Below are positions 36,802 through 50,848 of a stretch of 64,000 bases of DNA, piece by piece; position 1 is the first letter of the stretch, and every line of letters starts with the position of its first letter. The stretch covers positions 26,102,001-26,166,000 of the forward strand of contig OZ024751.1 in assembly GCA_964016885.1 (NCBI GenBank). The letters run 5' to 3'. Source of the DNA: Eledone cirrhosa (Eukaryota). Made by a program: the position numbers and the translations under genes. The notes beneath the pieces are model-generated. The model had not been told where the DNA came from, did no database searches, and saw nothing but the letters and a program-made list of their open reading frames with translations.

Positions 36802-38579
36802 AAAAGGGATTCCTTTTAATTCCTCTTCTGAGACATGTGACCTCTGCGCGGAGGAGATATTCTTTATACTAAAATCTAAAAATTCCCTTAATTTACGGAC
36901 CAATTTATTCAGCTGCTGCAGACATAGATTGAACTCAACTTTTAAATATAAATATAAATTTAAAATGTAGTATATTTTACTTAAGATTTTTAACTATTTA
37001 TGAAACTTGGCGATAAATCTTTCGATTCCTTCAATTTTTTAAAACCTTCTGCATGAGTATATAATTAATGAGATTAATTAAACTACCCTAAAATGGCGAT
37101 GTTCCCAATCTATTGAATAAATTTTTAAGCTAGATAAACTTCTATAATAAATATAAGAGCATTTGTAGAATAAATTTTTTTTTTTTTTTAATGATTTCTG
37201 CTAAATAAGTTTTGTTGAATAATTTTGGTTTTGTTTGCTTTCGATTCTGATTGCTTCTAATGAACTTGACAATATATTGTCAAATAAATTGGAAGGGTGG
37301 TTTTCTGTGATTGATATGCGTGGCATACTATGTTTTCTTACGTCCCTAGATACTCTGGGGAGTGACGAAGATATTCTTGGCGTTTTTAATATATTGATAT
37401 CTGTTGTCTATTCTATGCTTGAACGATAATCATGTAACTGAGGGCAAGAATATTATTATTAATATTAATGTATATTTTATGTCTATATATATATGTATGT
37501 ACATATATGTATGGTGGAATCTTTTGTAACGCAATGAAGATTTTCACGAAAAATAAGAATTTACAGAGCCGATCACGTAAATGCACATGTGTGTCTATAA
37601 TTGTCAACTTGAATTTGAGATAACCTTCTCTTTTCTCTTTTTCTTTTTTCATGAAAATGCATATATACTTATGTATTTTTGAAGTTTTATCTCAGATTTT
37701 GCTTATAAACCTAAGAATTTTTAAACTAAACATGGGGTCATTATTTTTTCATTTTTTCACACATTATTGATATGTGTCTCATTCATGAATATTGATATTT
37801 ACATTATAATACCTAATTCATAAGAATTGATAATTCAAATGGATGAAACATAATATTTTAAATATATCATCTTTCTTTCTTTTTCTCCTCTACACTTGAC
37901 GGGATTTATGTATCGGCTGTTTTAACTGTATCTCTCCCACCTCGTATGATAGATATTACTCGATCTACCTCTTTTCTCCCACCACCTATATCTCTCTCTA
38001 CCTCTCTTTATTTATCTATTTTTATTTCTCTCCGTATCCTTAACACTATAACTAAATAAATAAATAAATAAATAATTACAGTACCCCCTTCCCTCCTTAA
38101 TCTCTCATTTGTACGCTGATCATCTGTCCCCAAGCTGCCTATCATTTTTCACTTCCTCAATATATTTCTCTCTCCCATATCTCTTTCTCTCTCTATCTCG
38201 CTCTGTTGTTTTTCTTTACATACATCTCTTCATCTTCTTCTCTAACTGTCCTTAGCACTATACACTTTCTTTCTTCTTCTCTTCGTCCTTAGCACTATAC
38301 ACTTTCCTTCTTTTTTCTCTTCGTCTTTCTTTCTAACTGTCCTTAACATTTTCACTACCAAATCAACTTTTTAAATGGAAGTTGCATTGTTTAAGGTATG
38401 TCAAATTTATTTATAAAACGGTTTATATATTGTATTTTGTCTGAGGAAGGCATACCATATTTTTAATATGATATCCCTGAAATATATATAATGAAATAAA
38501 TATGGTTTTATAAATATAGTTTCCATTTGTTTAATATCGTATATATATATTATATCATATATTTTTAGAAAAATATATG

Positions 38580-38615
<36 letters not shown>

Positions 38616-39365
38616 CATATATTTTTAGAACAAATTATTCCTCACAACAATGAAATAGCTAACTTTTTAAGATTATTCTATTCCATTCTACTTGATGTAA
38701 CACACTAATCTCAGCATCCCATCTCCTCCAATCGTAATCTTCTTTGACCATCAATACTTTTATATACAATATGCCTAAACTCATTTACACTAACAGCTCT
38801 CATTTCTTTTCTTAAAAGATATTTGATACCTTATCCACTGATGGCCTATTTATTCATCTCCTACCACCAAACGTAATGATTTATACTGCTCCTTTCCATT
38901 CTTAACATTGGTCAATTTCAACCTGGTTATAAAACCTTACTTATTCATATGTATGTTTGTTTTTGTATTCTTCAATAAACAAAACTCATTATTTCTGGAT
39001 TGGCAGTATCGGTAGGGGGTCGGATGACATGCTTTGACGCATAGAGTTACGGCCCTTGCCATTCTGAGTTCAAATCCTGCCGAGGTTAACTTTGCCTTTC
39101 ATCCTTATGGGGTCGATAAAATAAAGTACCAGTAATACACTGGGTAATTGCTGGCCTTGTACCAAAAGTAGAAACAATTATTTCTGATGACGGCGGGTAG
39201 TGAAGACGTATGTATTCTTTTCTCACTATGATATTTTGTAATATGTTTTACATAGATCAATAATTAAATGAACATGCAGAGGACTACCCCCCAGAAACGA
39301 TCGTAAAATAATGTGTTTTACTATGAATTAACAGTTTTGTGTTTAATTTCATTGTTTTAATATTT
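35575..39365. repeat. Large inverted duplication: arms 35575-36132 and 38619-39365, ~2.5-kb spacer
   Basis: Arms near-identical in reverse complement; right arm interrupted by a SINE at ~38996-39180. Confidence 0.92.
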
Positions 39366-39436
39366 ATATATATATATATATGTATGCGCATAATAAAATA
39401 CATGGAACTCATTTAACCATCTTTTGATCTTATATA

Positions 39437-39487
<51 letters not shown>

Positions 39488-39994
39488 CCACTGTGGTAGG
39501 TTTAATGGCTCCAAACCTCTTAACTTGTTGAGCTCTGTGGCTATAATCACCGTTCCTATTTCTAGCAGTAGTATCGTCCACTTTGTGGATATCTATTTGC
39601 CATAGGTTTAACGTTATTACACCATATGCTTCCCAGCATAGTGATCACGTTAGCTGTGATATTCCCAGGTATATTGATTTTGTTACAATCTTCATTCTAT
39701 ATTTCCTTTAGAATCGTGAGACTAAACCTCTGAAGAGTACCTGAGTCTCAAGTGGTTTAATCATAATCAATAGTTTGTCTTCGATGATTGAATATATTGA
39801 TGGAGCTTTTCTTTTCTTTCGATGATCGATTTTTAGCCATACTCTCCAGGTATGAAATAGCGCTATAAGGTTTCACTTACGATTCCATCTGTGTACATAT
39901 TCTTCTATAGAATATGTATTTGGTATCTAAATTATAATAAAGTAAGTAGTGCGGGACTGCGTACGGTTTATAATTTTGTATTCCATTAGTAGCA

Positions 39995-40763
39995 TATCCA
40001 ACACTTCATCAACCGCGTGCAGTTCTCTGGCTACAACCAAAGAGACAGAATCAGAGTATACAAAAAAGCCACATAGAAATTGACATGAAAGTAATTTGCC
40101 CATTATACGGGAGCAAATCATGGAATAGATTAGATAGGACTAAACATAAGATAGGGAAAGCCATTTCATGGTACGACAACCTGAAATACGAGATTGTTAT
40201 GTTCGTGGATGGTACCCCCGGAGGGAAATTAACAAAGCAATGTAGAAAGGCCCCAAGAAAGACCCATCTAAAGATTAAAGTGGTAGAAAAGCCAGAAACT
40301 ACCATAAAAACCCTGATCAGAAAAACATACCCCTTTAAGAAAACCCACTGTACGAATAAGAAATGTGTTATATGTAGAATGAACCCTCAAATAAATTGTA
40401 AAACTAGAAATGTAGTCTACACCATAAAATATACAGAGGGCACTTTCAGAAACATAACAACGACATACATAGGTGAGACAGCTCGAAGCATAGGAGAAAG
40501 AATAGACCAACATTGGGGGGGAACTAAAAGGACAAAAAAAAAAAAACGGTTCAGTACTATATGAACACGCCGTACAAAGACATGACGGTAATATAGACAA
40601 CATAGAAATTAAAATAATATCTAAACATAGAAAAGACTCAACAGGTAGGTAAATCAGAGAAGCAACTGAGATAGAACTAAGAAGACCGAAGTTGAACAGA
40701 AAGAACGAATGGAATAACAACAACAACCATACCCAAACAAACAATATTGACTTAAATGAAATA

Positions 40764-40806
<43 letters not shown>

Positions 40807-41060
40807 ACAAGTACAATAACAACAAACACATATAAACAACACACACTAGTGAACAAAGATATAATACAAAAACAAAAACACATACACTCAAACGCTAACA
40901 CACACACCAAACATTAAACACACACGCAAACGCAGAGACAAGAATAAATAAATAAAGAACGAAAATAAAAATGGCGTAGACATTATAATACAATGGGAGG
41001 AAATATAATAGTACCACTGACGATGTCGCAAATGTGCAACGAAAGAACTTTAATAGACTA
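39995..41060 (+). mobile_element. Penelope-like element 3' part: GIY-YIG endonuclease and terminal region with degenerate hammerhead
   Basis: NCKTRNVVYTI...YIGETARSIGERIDQH; CTGACGA-T-GTCGCA..TGCAAC-GAAAGAACTT at 41017-41050. Confidence 0.8.
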
Positions 41061-41292
41061 TATATATATATTTATATTTGTATGTTTAACCGTTGGTCAA
41101 TCAATGATAAACATTGATTGCCAAATAAATTAACTATGGAGATATAAAAGATACAGAAGCGAAAACAACCCAAACCAAACAGTGAGTGTGTTCTGTTATT
41201 GTCTCTCGCAATATTATAACAATATGACCCTCTCCACCTAAGTATAATAATATTTGTTTCAACACACGATTTCATATAAAAAACCTTGCAAA

Positions 41293-41347
<55 letters not shown>

Positions 41348-41437
41348 GTTATGTAATAAACAACATAAGATAATTAATTCATTTACCAGTGGTTTCTTGA
41401 AGACAGATATTTATATCTGTCTTCAGTCGTCAGAACG

Positions 41438-41528
<91 letters not shown>

Positions 41529-43874
41529 AAAATTCTTATTCTTCACCCACTTATTCCTGAGAGTGGTGTATGTCGTGTGTGTGTGCCATGTGTGTGTATG
41601 TGTGTCGTGTGTGTGACTGTATGTGTGTGTTGAGGGTGTCGTGTGTGTATGTATGTGTGATAGTGTGTTGTGTATGTGTGTGTGTGTCGTGTCAGCTGAC
41701 AAACAGTTTTCCCCACTTCGTGTTCTGACCACACTAAGACAATTACTAAGCCTGTATTTCCCACTCTACAGTCCACACTCATCCATGACAAATCATATGA
41801 CATGGCATAACGCCATACAATCTTTAACACAGTGCAACATAGATGTTTAGGTGTTTATTTATTAATTATAAAACTGTGATCCTTAAAGTTTCTGAGGTCT
41901 CCCTAGTTGGCCTTAATGATAGCAGCGGCCCTAACCTTAGATGGATGCAAATGTCGATAACTAGGGAGTAGGATGGATTTAGGTACCCCTAAAATGACGT
42001 GATAATCAAATGGGATGTCTTTTACTCATATATCTTGTCAACCTGGTTTAACCTGGATCTAAACCAGAAATGGGGAACCATAGGCCTTCTATGCCATTCT
42101 GTGCAGCCCTTTATGAAAGTTTCCAACAATTTTTTTATTTTAATATGTTTTTGTCTATCTCTTATTATTTCAATTTAAACCACTTGTTGCTGTGAACCAA
42201 CATTCTCCTACCTAACCAAAATCATGACACCTTTGAGATTACAAATGGTGGTTGCCCATCTCGAGGTTCAGTTGAAACTTCAGACTTCCATACTGCAACC
42301 AAATATCAATTTGCTTTCCTACAACAAAGTAATTAAAGCCTTTAAAACTGATTTTTTTTTTTGTTTTATTTTTTCGATAACTAGTACATAGTAATTAGAT
42401 TTTTACAAAATAATGTAGATTTTAAGAATATGTAATTACGGTTTCTTGAATGCAGCCTTATTATATTACAAATAACTTAATGTGGCCTTTTTAGAAACGG
42501 TTCCCCACCTCTTGACTAAACAATAACTAGCTCAGTGATTTTCAGCATTTTTACTACTAAGGACCCCTTTTTATTTAAATGGATTTTCCCATGGCCCACA
42601 CATAACAATTATTCCCCTGCCAGAGTAGTCGAAAGAGAGAAATGATTAGACCGTAAAAAAAGAATGGATACCCAACAGCGCGTATGTATATTATGTCCTT
42701 AATTGAAAGTTTGAACTTAGCTCACAGATCCCTAATACTACCTTTGAGGACCCCATGGTTCCGCCGACCACAGTATGGGAACAGCTAAACTATCCCAACA
42801 TTTTAAATAACTATTTTAAGTACCACCACTTCTCTCTGTAAAAAGCAACTTTTATAAGGGAGATAATTAAGTATATATTATTAATACAATTGCCGAGATT
42901 TACTTGAATAAATAAAGTAAATTGCATTTATAAACATAAATGCGATTAATATTTTATAAGATTGTGTTTTTACCTATATAAATTGCTTTGAATTTAGTGA
43001 ATTTTGATAAAAGGCTCATAAGAAATGTTATTTTTATGAATTAAACATTTGTTCATATTTTGAAATTTTGATAGCAGTTATTCCCCTTGTTGAAGCTGTC
43101 TTGTTTAGATTAAATTAATCATAATTGTATGTCTTGCGGAACTCCATGATTCCAGGGAACACCGGTTGAGTGGATTGGCAGTATCGGTAGAGCGTCGGAC
43201 ACCATGTTTTACAGCATGGAGTTATGGCCATTTACGTTCTGAGTTCAAATCCCGCCTAGCCTTTGAGGACCCTTCCCTAACGATTCTCCCAAGAAGTAAC
43301 GTATTGTATCAATGAAATCGACTTTTTCCTCCCCACAAATTGCTGGCCTGGTGCCTAAATGACATCTTTATTCACAGAAATATTTATATAAAGCAATAAG
43401 GAAATGAAGAATAGAAGAAAAAGAAAAGAAATGAAGAAATTAAAGAACGAATGGAAAGGGAGCAACAGATTCTACACCTTTATCTCAGCGGTATCTTTCA
43501 GCTTCCTCCTGTAGACAAAATGGCGAAAGCATCGCCTCGTAGAACGGCCAGTGATTCCGACTGCAACATCCACTCCGTCTCATCGGACTCCTCCCTTGGG
43601 AAGACTGCTGTTTTTTTTCGATTTTGCGAAAGAAATGGCAGTTCGGTGACTTAGATCAACTCAATTCTCGACGGTAAATCCCTATTCTGAGATGCCACGT
43701 GTTGCGTCTCGTTCTCCATCTCCAGCCTTGTTGTTTCGGCTGCAAACCTGACTTTATCGTTTGCAGAAGAGGAGAAAACTGCCAAATACCGGGGTTTCAC
43801 TGTCCGCTTCTTTTCCACGTTGGATGCTGTTGAGACTTCAGGTGTCCCAAGAGCCTGAATTAGAAATCATTGTA

Positions 43875-44110
43875 CAGGGTGACCACAAAAACACTCCTTG
43901 ATATCAAATACTTATAATATGAAAACTTAAATGAATATTCTTACAATATTGGTGGCTACAGTTGCATAAACTAACAAAGTTTCATGTGGTATTGGTTGAT
44001 ATCATAGACACTCTATTGCCTCTATTGTTGATTGGCAAACATCTATGCGATAATCACGTAAGTTTTGATAAAACTATTTGAAATCAATGAGTGTTTTTGT
44101 GGTCACCCTG
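43875..44110. mobile_element. Tc1/mariner-type MITE
   Basis: TA|CAGGGTGACCACAAAAACACTC...GAGTGTTTTTGTGGTCACCCTG|TA. Confidence 0.85.
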
Positions 44111-44616
44111 TATCTTATATTACTAGTGTATCTATGTCCTAAAAAGTGCTAATTTTTCTGGGGACTTTGTTGGCAGTGGCAAACATTGGTGGGCTATTTA
44201 ATATAGACGAGATTCTCATTATTTCCATCGCTCTTAAAATCTGTGTCGATGTATGTAGGGTGATGGAATGGAGTATCGATGTGGGGAGGATGGTCGCTAA
44301 ACTAGTTGTGAACTTTTTTTTTACCTTTTATTATTGATTTCTACCTTTTATTGATCTGTTAGTATCGGTAGAGGGTCGGACGCCATGGTTTGACGCATAG
44401 AGTTACGGCCCTTGCTATTCTGAGTTCAAATCCCGCCGAAGTTAACCCCTTACAGGGTCGATAAAATAAAGTACCAGTAATAAACTGAAATAATTGCTGG
44501 CCTTGTGCCAAAAGTAGAAACAATTATTTATATCAAAATGTTAGCTGCTAAAAGCTGTGATTTGCAGAGATTTGCTATTTCTAGAAGATCAAATGAGTTC
44601 CGGGGATTGAAAAACA

Positions 44617-44748
44617 AAGGGAGGTAACTTCCACCAGTGACGTCATTCTGTTTCGCGCGAAAATTTAGTTATATTATTGTCGCTGCTTTGTTATGTTGGC
44701 AGTTTGAAAATATATTCAAAATATGTAATCGTCGCACCTAAGGTAAGA
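44617..44748 (+). promoter_or_regulatory. Putative DONSON core promoter and non-coding first exon
   Basis: CRE TGACGTCA 44638-44645, palindromic E2F site TTTCGCGCGAAA 44651-44662, TTTGAA (CHR-like) 44703-44708, donor AG|gtaaga at 44743. Confidence 0.6.
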
Positions 44749-44926
44749 AAACATCAGCGAATCATCACTTTCGAACTAATATAGAACATACATTTATAAC
44801 TTTGAAACTTAAAAAATGATATATTTATTTCAATATGTATAAGGATTCTACCTTACGATTATTTATTTTACATTAATTATCAGCGAACTTCTGTAGAATA
44901 TATTGAATGTTTATAAGCAATAAATA

Positions 44927-45238
44927 ATGACTGACACATCGCCCACTTGGAAGAAACCATCCGATGTGATGAAACTGAGAAGAAAAAAAAGACGGTTAGA
45001 GAATGAAAACTCTTGTCTAACGGAAAAAAGAACGAAGCTAGAAAATTCATTTTCTAAAGACGAGGAACTATCGCCGTGTGGAAGCATTTCTTCACCATTT
45101 TATCAACATAAGAATCCTTTCAGAAGAAACAGTTTCACTCCAGTCCGTTCCATACCACCCTTCATCAGCAACACACAAGGTACAACTCACTCGAAAACAA
45201 CCTCCATCAGACTTTTCAACGCTTTAGATATTTCTGAG
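44927..45238 (+). CDS. DONSON: DONSON coding exon 1
   Basis: ATG 44927 with in-frame TAA two codons upstream; donor GAG|gtaagg. Confidence 0.88.
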
Positions 45239-47947
45239 GTAAGGGAAATTATTATTTATGGGGTCACCCTTCTTTTTCATGATTATCATAGCTTTGCCTG
45301 TCATCCTTACGGTGTCGATAAAATAAAGTACCAGTAATGCACTGGGGTCGATTCAATCGACTTTCCCCAATCTCCAAAGTTGCTGGCCTTGTGCCTTAAG
45401 TAGAAACATAATTATCAAGCAAGGGATAATAATTGTTTCTACTTTTGGCACAAGGCCAGCTACAACCAGTGTATTACTGGTACTTTATTTTATCGACCTG
45501 GCAGTGTTAGTAGTGTTGGGCAAAATGTTTAGTTAGAAATTACTACGTTACCCCCGTCAAGATTAGCCTTGCCTTTTATCCATCCTGGGTCGATAAAATA
45601 AAGTGCTAGTGAAATACAGAGGTCGATATAATTGACTTTAGTCAATATTAAAAATAATTATTACCCCACATACCACGGGTCAAGATTTAGGACTGGCTAT
45701 GGTTAAGTTTTAATTCTTTATATTTAAATTTCAGTTTGTCTTCTAGTTATACAGTAAAATTTAACCTGAAGCTCTCTATATATCTGATATTCCGACATAC
45801 CTTACGGGGTCGATAAAATAAAGTACCAGTAATACACTGGGTATTTGCTGGCCTTGTGCCAAAAGTAGAAACAATTATTTATTCATAACATCAGCAAAAT
45901 TTCGGTAAATTTATAATTAAAAAAAGCACCAACTAGTGTTTTAGTTTTCAACAAATCTCAGCTCAAACTTATTTACATTGGAAAGTTTTTTACGAATAGG
46001 CTATGTAGCCGGTAAACCCCAAAAGGACGCAACACACATCGCTATAGTGTTTCACCAGCCCCTTCATTCATATATGTGTATGTAATAATTATTTTATATG
46101 CGTCTATGAATATGTATGAGATGTGTGTTTGTGTGTGTATGGGTTTCACTTCTGCTGTCTGTATATGTTTATGTATTTACGTGTAGATGTGTGTATGTAA
46201 CTTAGTAGATGTGTGTGTATGTAACTTAGTAGATGTGTGTGTAACTCAGTAGATGTGTGTGTGTATGTAACTTAGTAGATGTGTGTGTATGTAACTCAGT
46301 AGATGTGTGTGTGTGTATGTAACTCAGTAGATGTGTGTGTATGTAACTTAGTAGATGTGTGTGTATGTAACTCAGTAGATGTGTGTGTGTGTGTAACTCA
46401 GTAGATGTGTGTGTATGTAACTCAGTAGATGTGTGTGTGTGTATGTAACACAGTAAATGTGTGTGTATGTAACACAGTAGATGTGTGTGTATGTAATACA
46501 GTAGATGTGTGTGTATGTAACACAGTAGATGTGTGTGTATGTAACTCAGTAGATGTGTGTGTATGTAACTCAGTAGATGTGTGTGTGTATGTAACTCAGT
46601 AGATGTGTGTGTATGTAACACAGTAGATGTGTGTGTATGTAACACAGATGTGTGTGTGTATGTAACACAGTAGATGTGTATGTATGTAACTCAGTAGATG
46701 TGTGTGTATGTAACTTAGATGTGTGTGTGTATGTAACTCAGTAGATGTGTGTGTGTGTGTGTGTATGTAACACAGTAAATGTGTGTGTGTATGTAACACA
46801 GTAGATGTGTATGTATGTAACTCAGATGTGTGTGCATGTAACTCAGTAGATGTGTGTGTATGTAACACAGTAGATGTGTGTGTGTATGTAACTCAGTAGA
46901 TGTGTGTGTATGTAACACAGTAGATGTGTGTGTATGTAACACAGTAGATGTGTATGTATGTAACTCAGATGTGTGTGCATGTAACTCAGTAGATGTGTGT
47001 GTGTGTAATTCAGTAAATGTGTGTGTGTGTATGTAACTCAGTAGATGTGTGTGTATGTAACTCAGTAGATGTGTGTGAATGGACAATTAAATGGTTTTAC
47101 TTGTTTTTTTTAACAATTGATGGTGGAAAAGATTTCAAATTGTCTTAACTCAGACCGTAAAAGGTCGCAACTCGTGGTGTCTGACACTCTTATCAGCTAC
47201 ATAGCCTCTTCCTAAAAGAAACAGCCTCCATTGGTGTTTTAGTTTTCAACAAATCTGACCTCAAACTTATTTACAATTGACCCCCTTTTCCACTCATGTT
47301 TTGTCTCTATCATTATTGTTCGGTGAAGTTATATTCAATCTAATATCCACGACTTTCTTTCCTTATAAATTATATTTATTACATGCATGAAAAAACCTGG
47401 AAAAGAAAAATATTCCCACCAAAGGAAACCCAGTGCCCCACCCCACACGCTCGCCCCAGTTTTCGGGTGTGGGGGTCGATTGTGAATGAGTTGAGGTCAG
47501 ATTTGTTGAAAACTAGAACACCAATGAGTGCTTATATGTAAAACGGAATACTCCTATATTTTACCGCGAAGAGTCGAAACCGAATCGGAGCTTTCCCTGC
47601 CTCTGGGACACTCAATCGTTGGAAGTTCTCGCCTTTGGCCTTTGTTCTGTCAACAATGATGGATGACATTCCATTTGAACTGTGACCCCCAACATCCTTG
47701 GGAGATGCTAACCACAGGTCAGATCATATATCCATCCTTCTAACTTAGCACTTATTATAAATACAAGGGCTGAGGGAACAAAAGCGGAATGGAAGCAACA
47801 GACAAGAAGATAACTGTGTGGCATCAGTAGACCTTTCACCCTACCTTTCTCGTGGCCGTCACTGGCTTACTCTCTCAGCCAGACAGCCAGTCATGCCTGC
47901 CTGAGAGATTGATGACTACTATGAGAATAAGATAAACTAAGAATAGC

Positions 47948-47979
<32 letters not shown>

Positions 47980-48237
47980 GTTCATATTGTTATATTATAC
48001 TCTCATCCTATTGTATCTGCAAGACACAACCTAACTTATATATTATATCGTCTTCTCTGATACATACATTTACATAGCTCGTAGCAGCTACCAATTTATT
48101 TTACGGATATATTTGTGTCATAAATTCTATCATTAGATATTCAAATTGAATATTGTTATTATAAAATAAAGATGAACAACTCAGTCATGGCATTATTCTT
48201 TTCATCAAAACCATCATACCAACAAAACAACCATTCC

Positions 48238-48303
<66 letters not shown>

Positions 48304-48469
48304 AATAAACAAATAAGACGGTTACTTTTATTCCATCCCTATTTTATTATACATATTTCAAAGATGTATTGCTTATGTATAACATCAGTGAAACATGTAC
48401 TCATCAGATAAAATCCACCAACTTTCTCTTTTAGAGATGTTATAATAGTATATTAAATATCAAATCATA

Positions 48470-48508
<39 letters not shown>

Positions 48509-50790
48509 ACGTCCGCAATTCACCAAGTGCGACAATTGACTGTACCTCTAAGTGTTTAACTAAACACTTAGAGGCAAGCCAACATGCTCGCAGTATTACC
48601 ATGGGTGATGGCGAGGTTAAGGCGCTGAAATAACCAAGCATCATCTTACATCTAATGAGAAATATGTAAGAAAACAAAAATATATTTTGTTTAACCCTTT
48701 AACTGACCAGAATTCTCTCACCTCTGGCAAGGAAAGCTGTGCTAGAGAAATCACATCTAACTAAAAATGATAACCTGATGTTTGCTTGTGGCAACTATTC
48801 AAAAGAAAGGTTACATCCCATCATCATCATCATCTTACATCTGCTTTCTATGCTGACATGGACTGGGCTGATAATCAGTTTGAGGCATGACATAATTCAG
48901 ACACCTGCCTATGGATGAACAGTCGATTAGGTGTGAAACAAGCAACCACCTATATTTTTCTGTGTACAAAAAGAATAACAATGTTCACATTATTTACAGC
49001 AAGACTGTATTAACCCTTTAGCATTTAAACCAGCCAGAATTTTCTCACCTCTTTCTGTTCAAACTGGCTATAACAGGTTGCTCATACTGATGTTAATTCT
49101 CAAAATAAATATCAAAATCTCATAGATTCAATATTATGTGAAATAATTATGTGAAGCCTTTACAATACAATAGTAAATATAGAGTAATGTAAAAGATAAA
49201 GGGTTAAAAATGTCTTATATATCATTTTTACATTACAGCTGAAGAAAGTCAAAGATAACAGGAGTGATTCAGTGAGAAATGGCCATCAACATTACCCCAA
49301 ATCTGACGGTGTGAAAACAAAAGAAAACAGCCCTAATGAAGATTCCAGGAATAAGGTTGGCATTCCTGTCTATTTCTAACTTCCTAAGGACATCACCGAT
49401 TTACGTCCGTTCTTCCACGCTAGCATGGGTTAGACAGGTTGTCCTGTCGTGGGCAGTAGTCGGTCGGCTGACCTTGTCTTGTTCATACAGGAACTGATTC
49501 TGGCTTTATTTCTACAGTTGGATGCCCTTCCTAACACTAACCTCATTTACAGTGAGTGCTGGGTGCTTTTTTTTTTTCCGTGGCGCCTACACGTCCACTT
49601 TACAGTGTGGGCTGGGTGCTTTTTTACCGTGGCACCTCCACGACCACTTTGCAGTGGAAGAATTGACGCTAAATGGAAATGGGGATGATGATCTTATATG
49701 CATTCTTTCTCTTCCCTTTGCAGGTGTGCAACAATTCAGGTGTGGCTAAAAAGGAGGATCTTCAAGCTTTACCTGTTGATTGGAGTTTGAAACAGAAGAT
49801 GCGATTTATCTGTAATTTCTCATCATTTGATTGGTGTAAAGACTTGCGTACATCTGAAGAAGCTGAAGGTGTGAGCAGTTATTTAGCAAATCAACTCCCT
49901 GAAACAACACCACCATCTTTCACAAATGTTAGTAGGTCTCCCTTCAAGAAAGGCTGTTTATTATCTATTGTTCTTGAGTGATGGGATTGGCAGTATCGGT
50001 AAGGGTCGGACGCCATGCTTTGAAGCATAGAGTTACCTCCCTTTATGATCCGAGTTCAAATCCCGCCGAGGTTAACTTTGCCTTTCATCCTTACGGGGTC
50101 GATAAAATAAAGTACCAGTAATGCACTGGAATAATTGCTGGCCTTGTGCCAAAAGTAGAAACAATTATTTATAATGCTTTGACGTATAGAGTTACGGCCC
50201 TTGCCATTCTGAGTTCAAATCCCGCCAAGGTTAATTTTGCCTTTCATCCTTATGGGGTCGATAAAATAATGTACCAGTAATACACTGGGTAATTGCTGGC
50301 CTTGTGCCTAACGTAGAAACAATTATTTATAATACAACAAACCTGTCATCGAAAACATTACCCATCTTCTCGGAAGTCTATCTACTGCTACTATTTCTGT
50401 TACTGTTAAGGGTGGTGAATTGGCAGTATCGGTAGAGGGTCGGGCTCCATGCTTTCCAGCATAGTTACGGCCCTTTATGGTCTGAGTTCAAATCCCGCCG
50501 ACATTAACTTTGCCTTTCATCCTTACCAGGGTCGATAAAATAAAGTACCAGTAATGCACTGAGTAATTGCTGGCCTTGTGCCAAAAGTAGAAACTACTAC
50601 TATTTCTGTTACTACTACTGCTGCTACTATCCAATATGTCCATTTTTTTCTTATTTAAGACAAGGGCAGGATTCTCCAACCTGGAGTGGGAAGGGTCTGA
50701 GCTAAGTAGTGTAATGTTAATCCACAATTAGTGGTACTGGTTAACCACCAATTAACAAATGAACCCCATTGCTGACAAAACAGCACCCCC

Positions 50791-50848
<58 letters not shown>

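Noticed and set aside
43451-43654. Plus-strand 67-aa ORF as an upstream DONSON exon
   Set aside because: No DONSON similarity, ends in a stop, and lies upstream of the putative promoter.
37190-43855. Idea that in-frame TAA/TAG in exon-like segments reflect an alternative genetic code or contamination
   Set aside because: In-frame TGA and frameshifts also occur, and the segments are interleaved with host repeats; decay is the simpler explanation.
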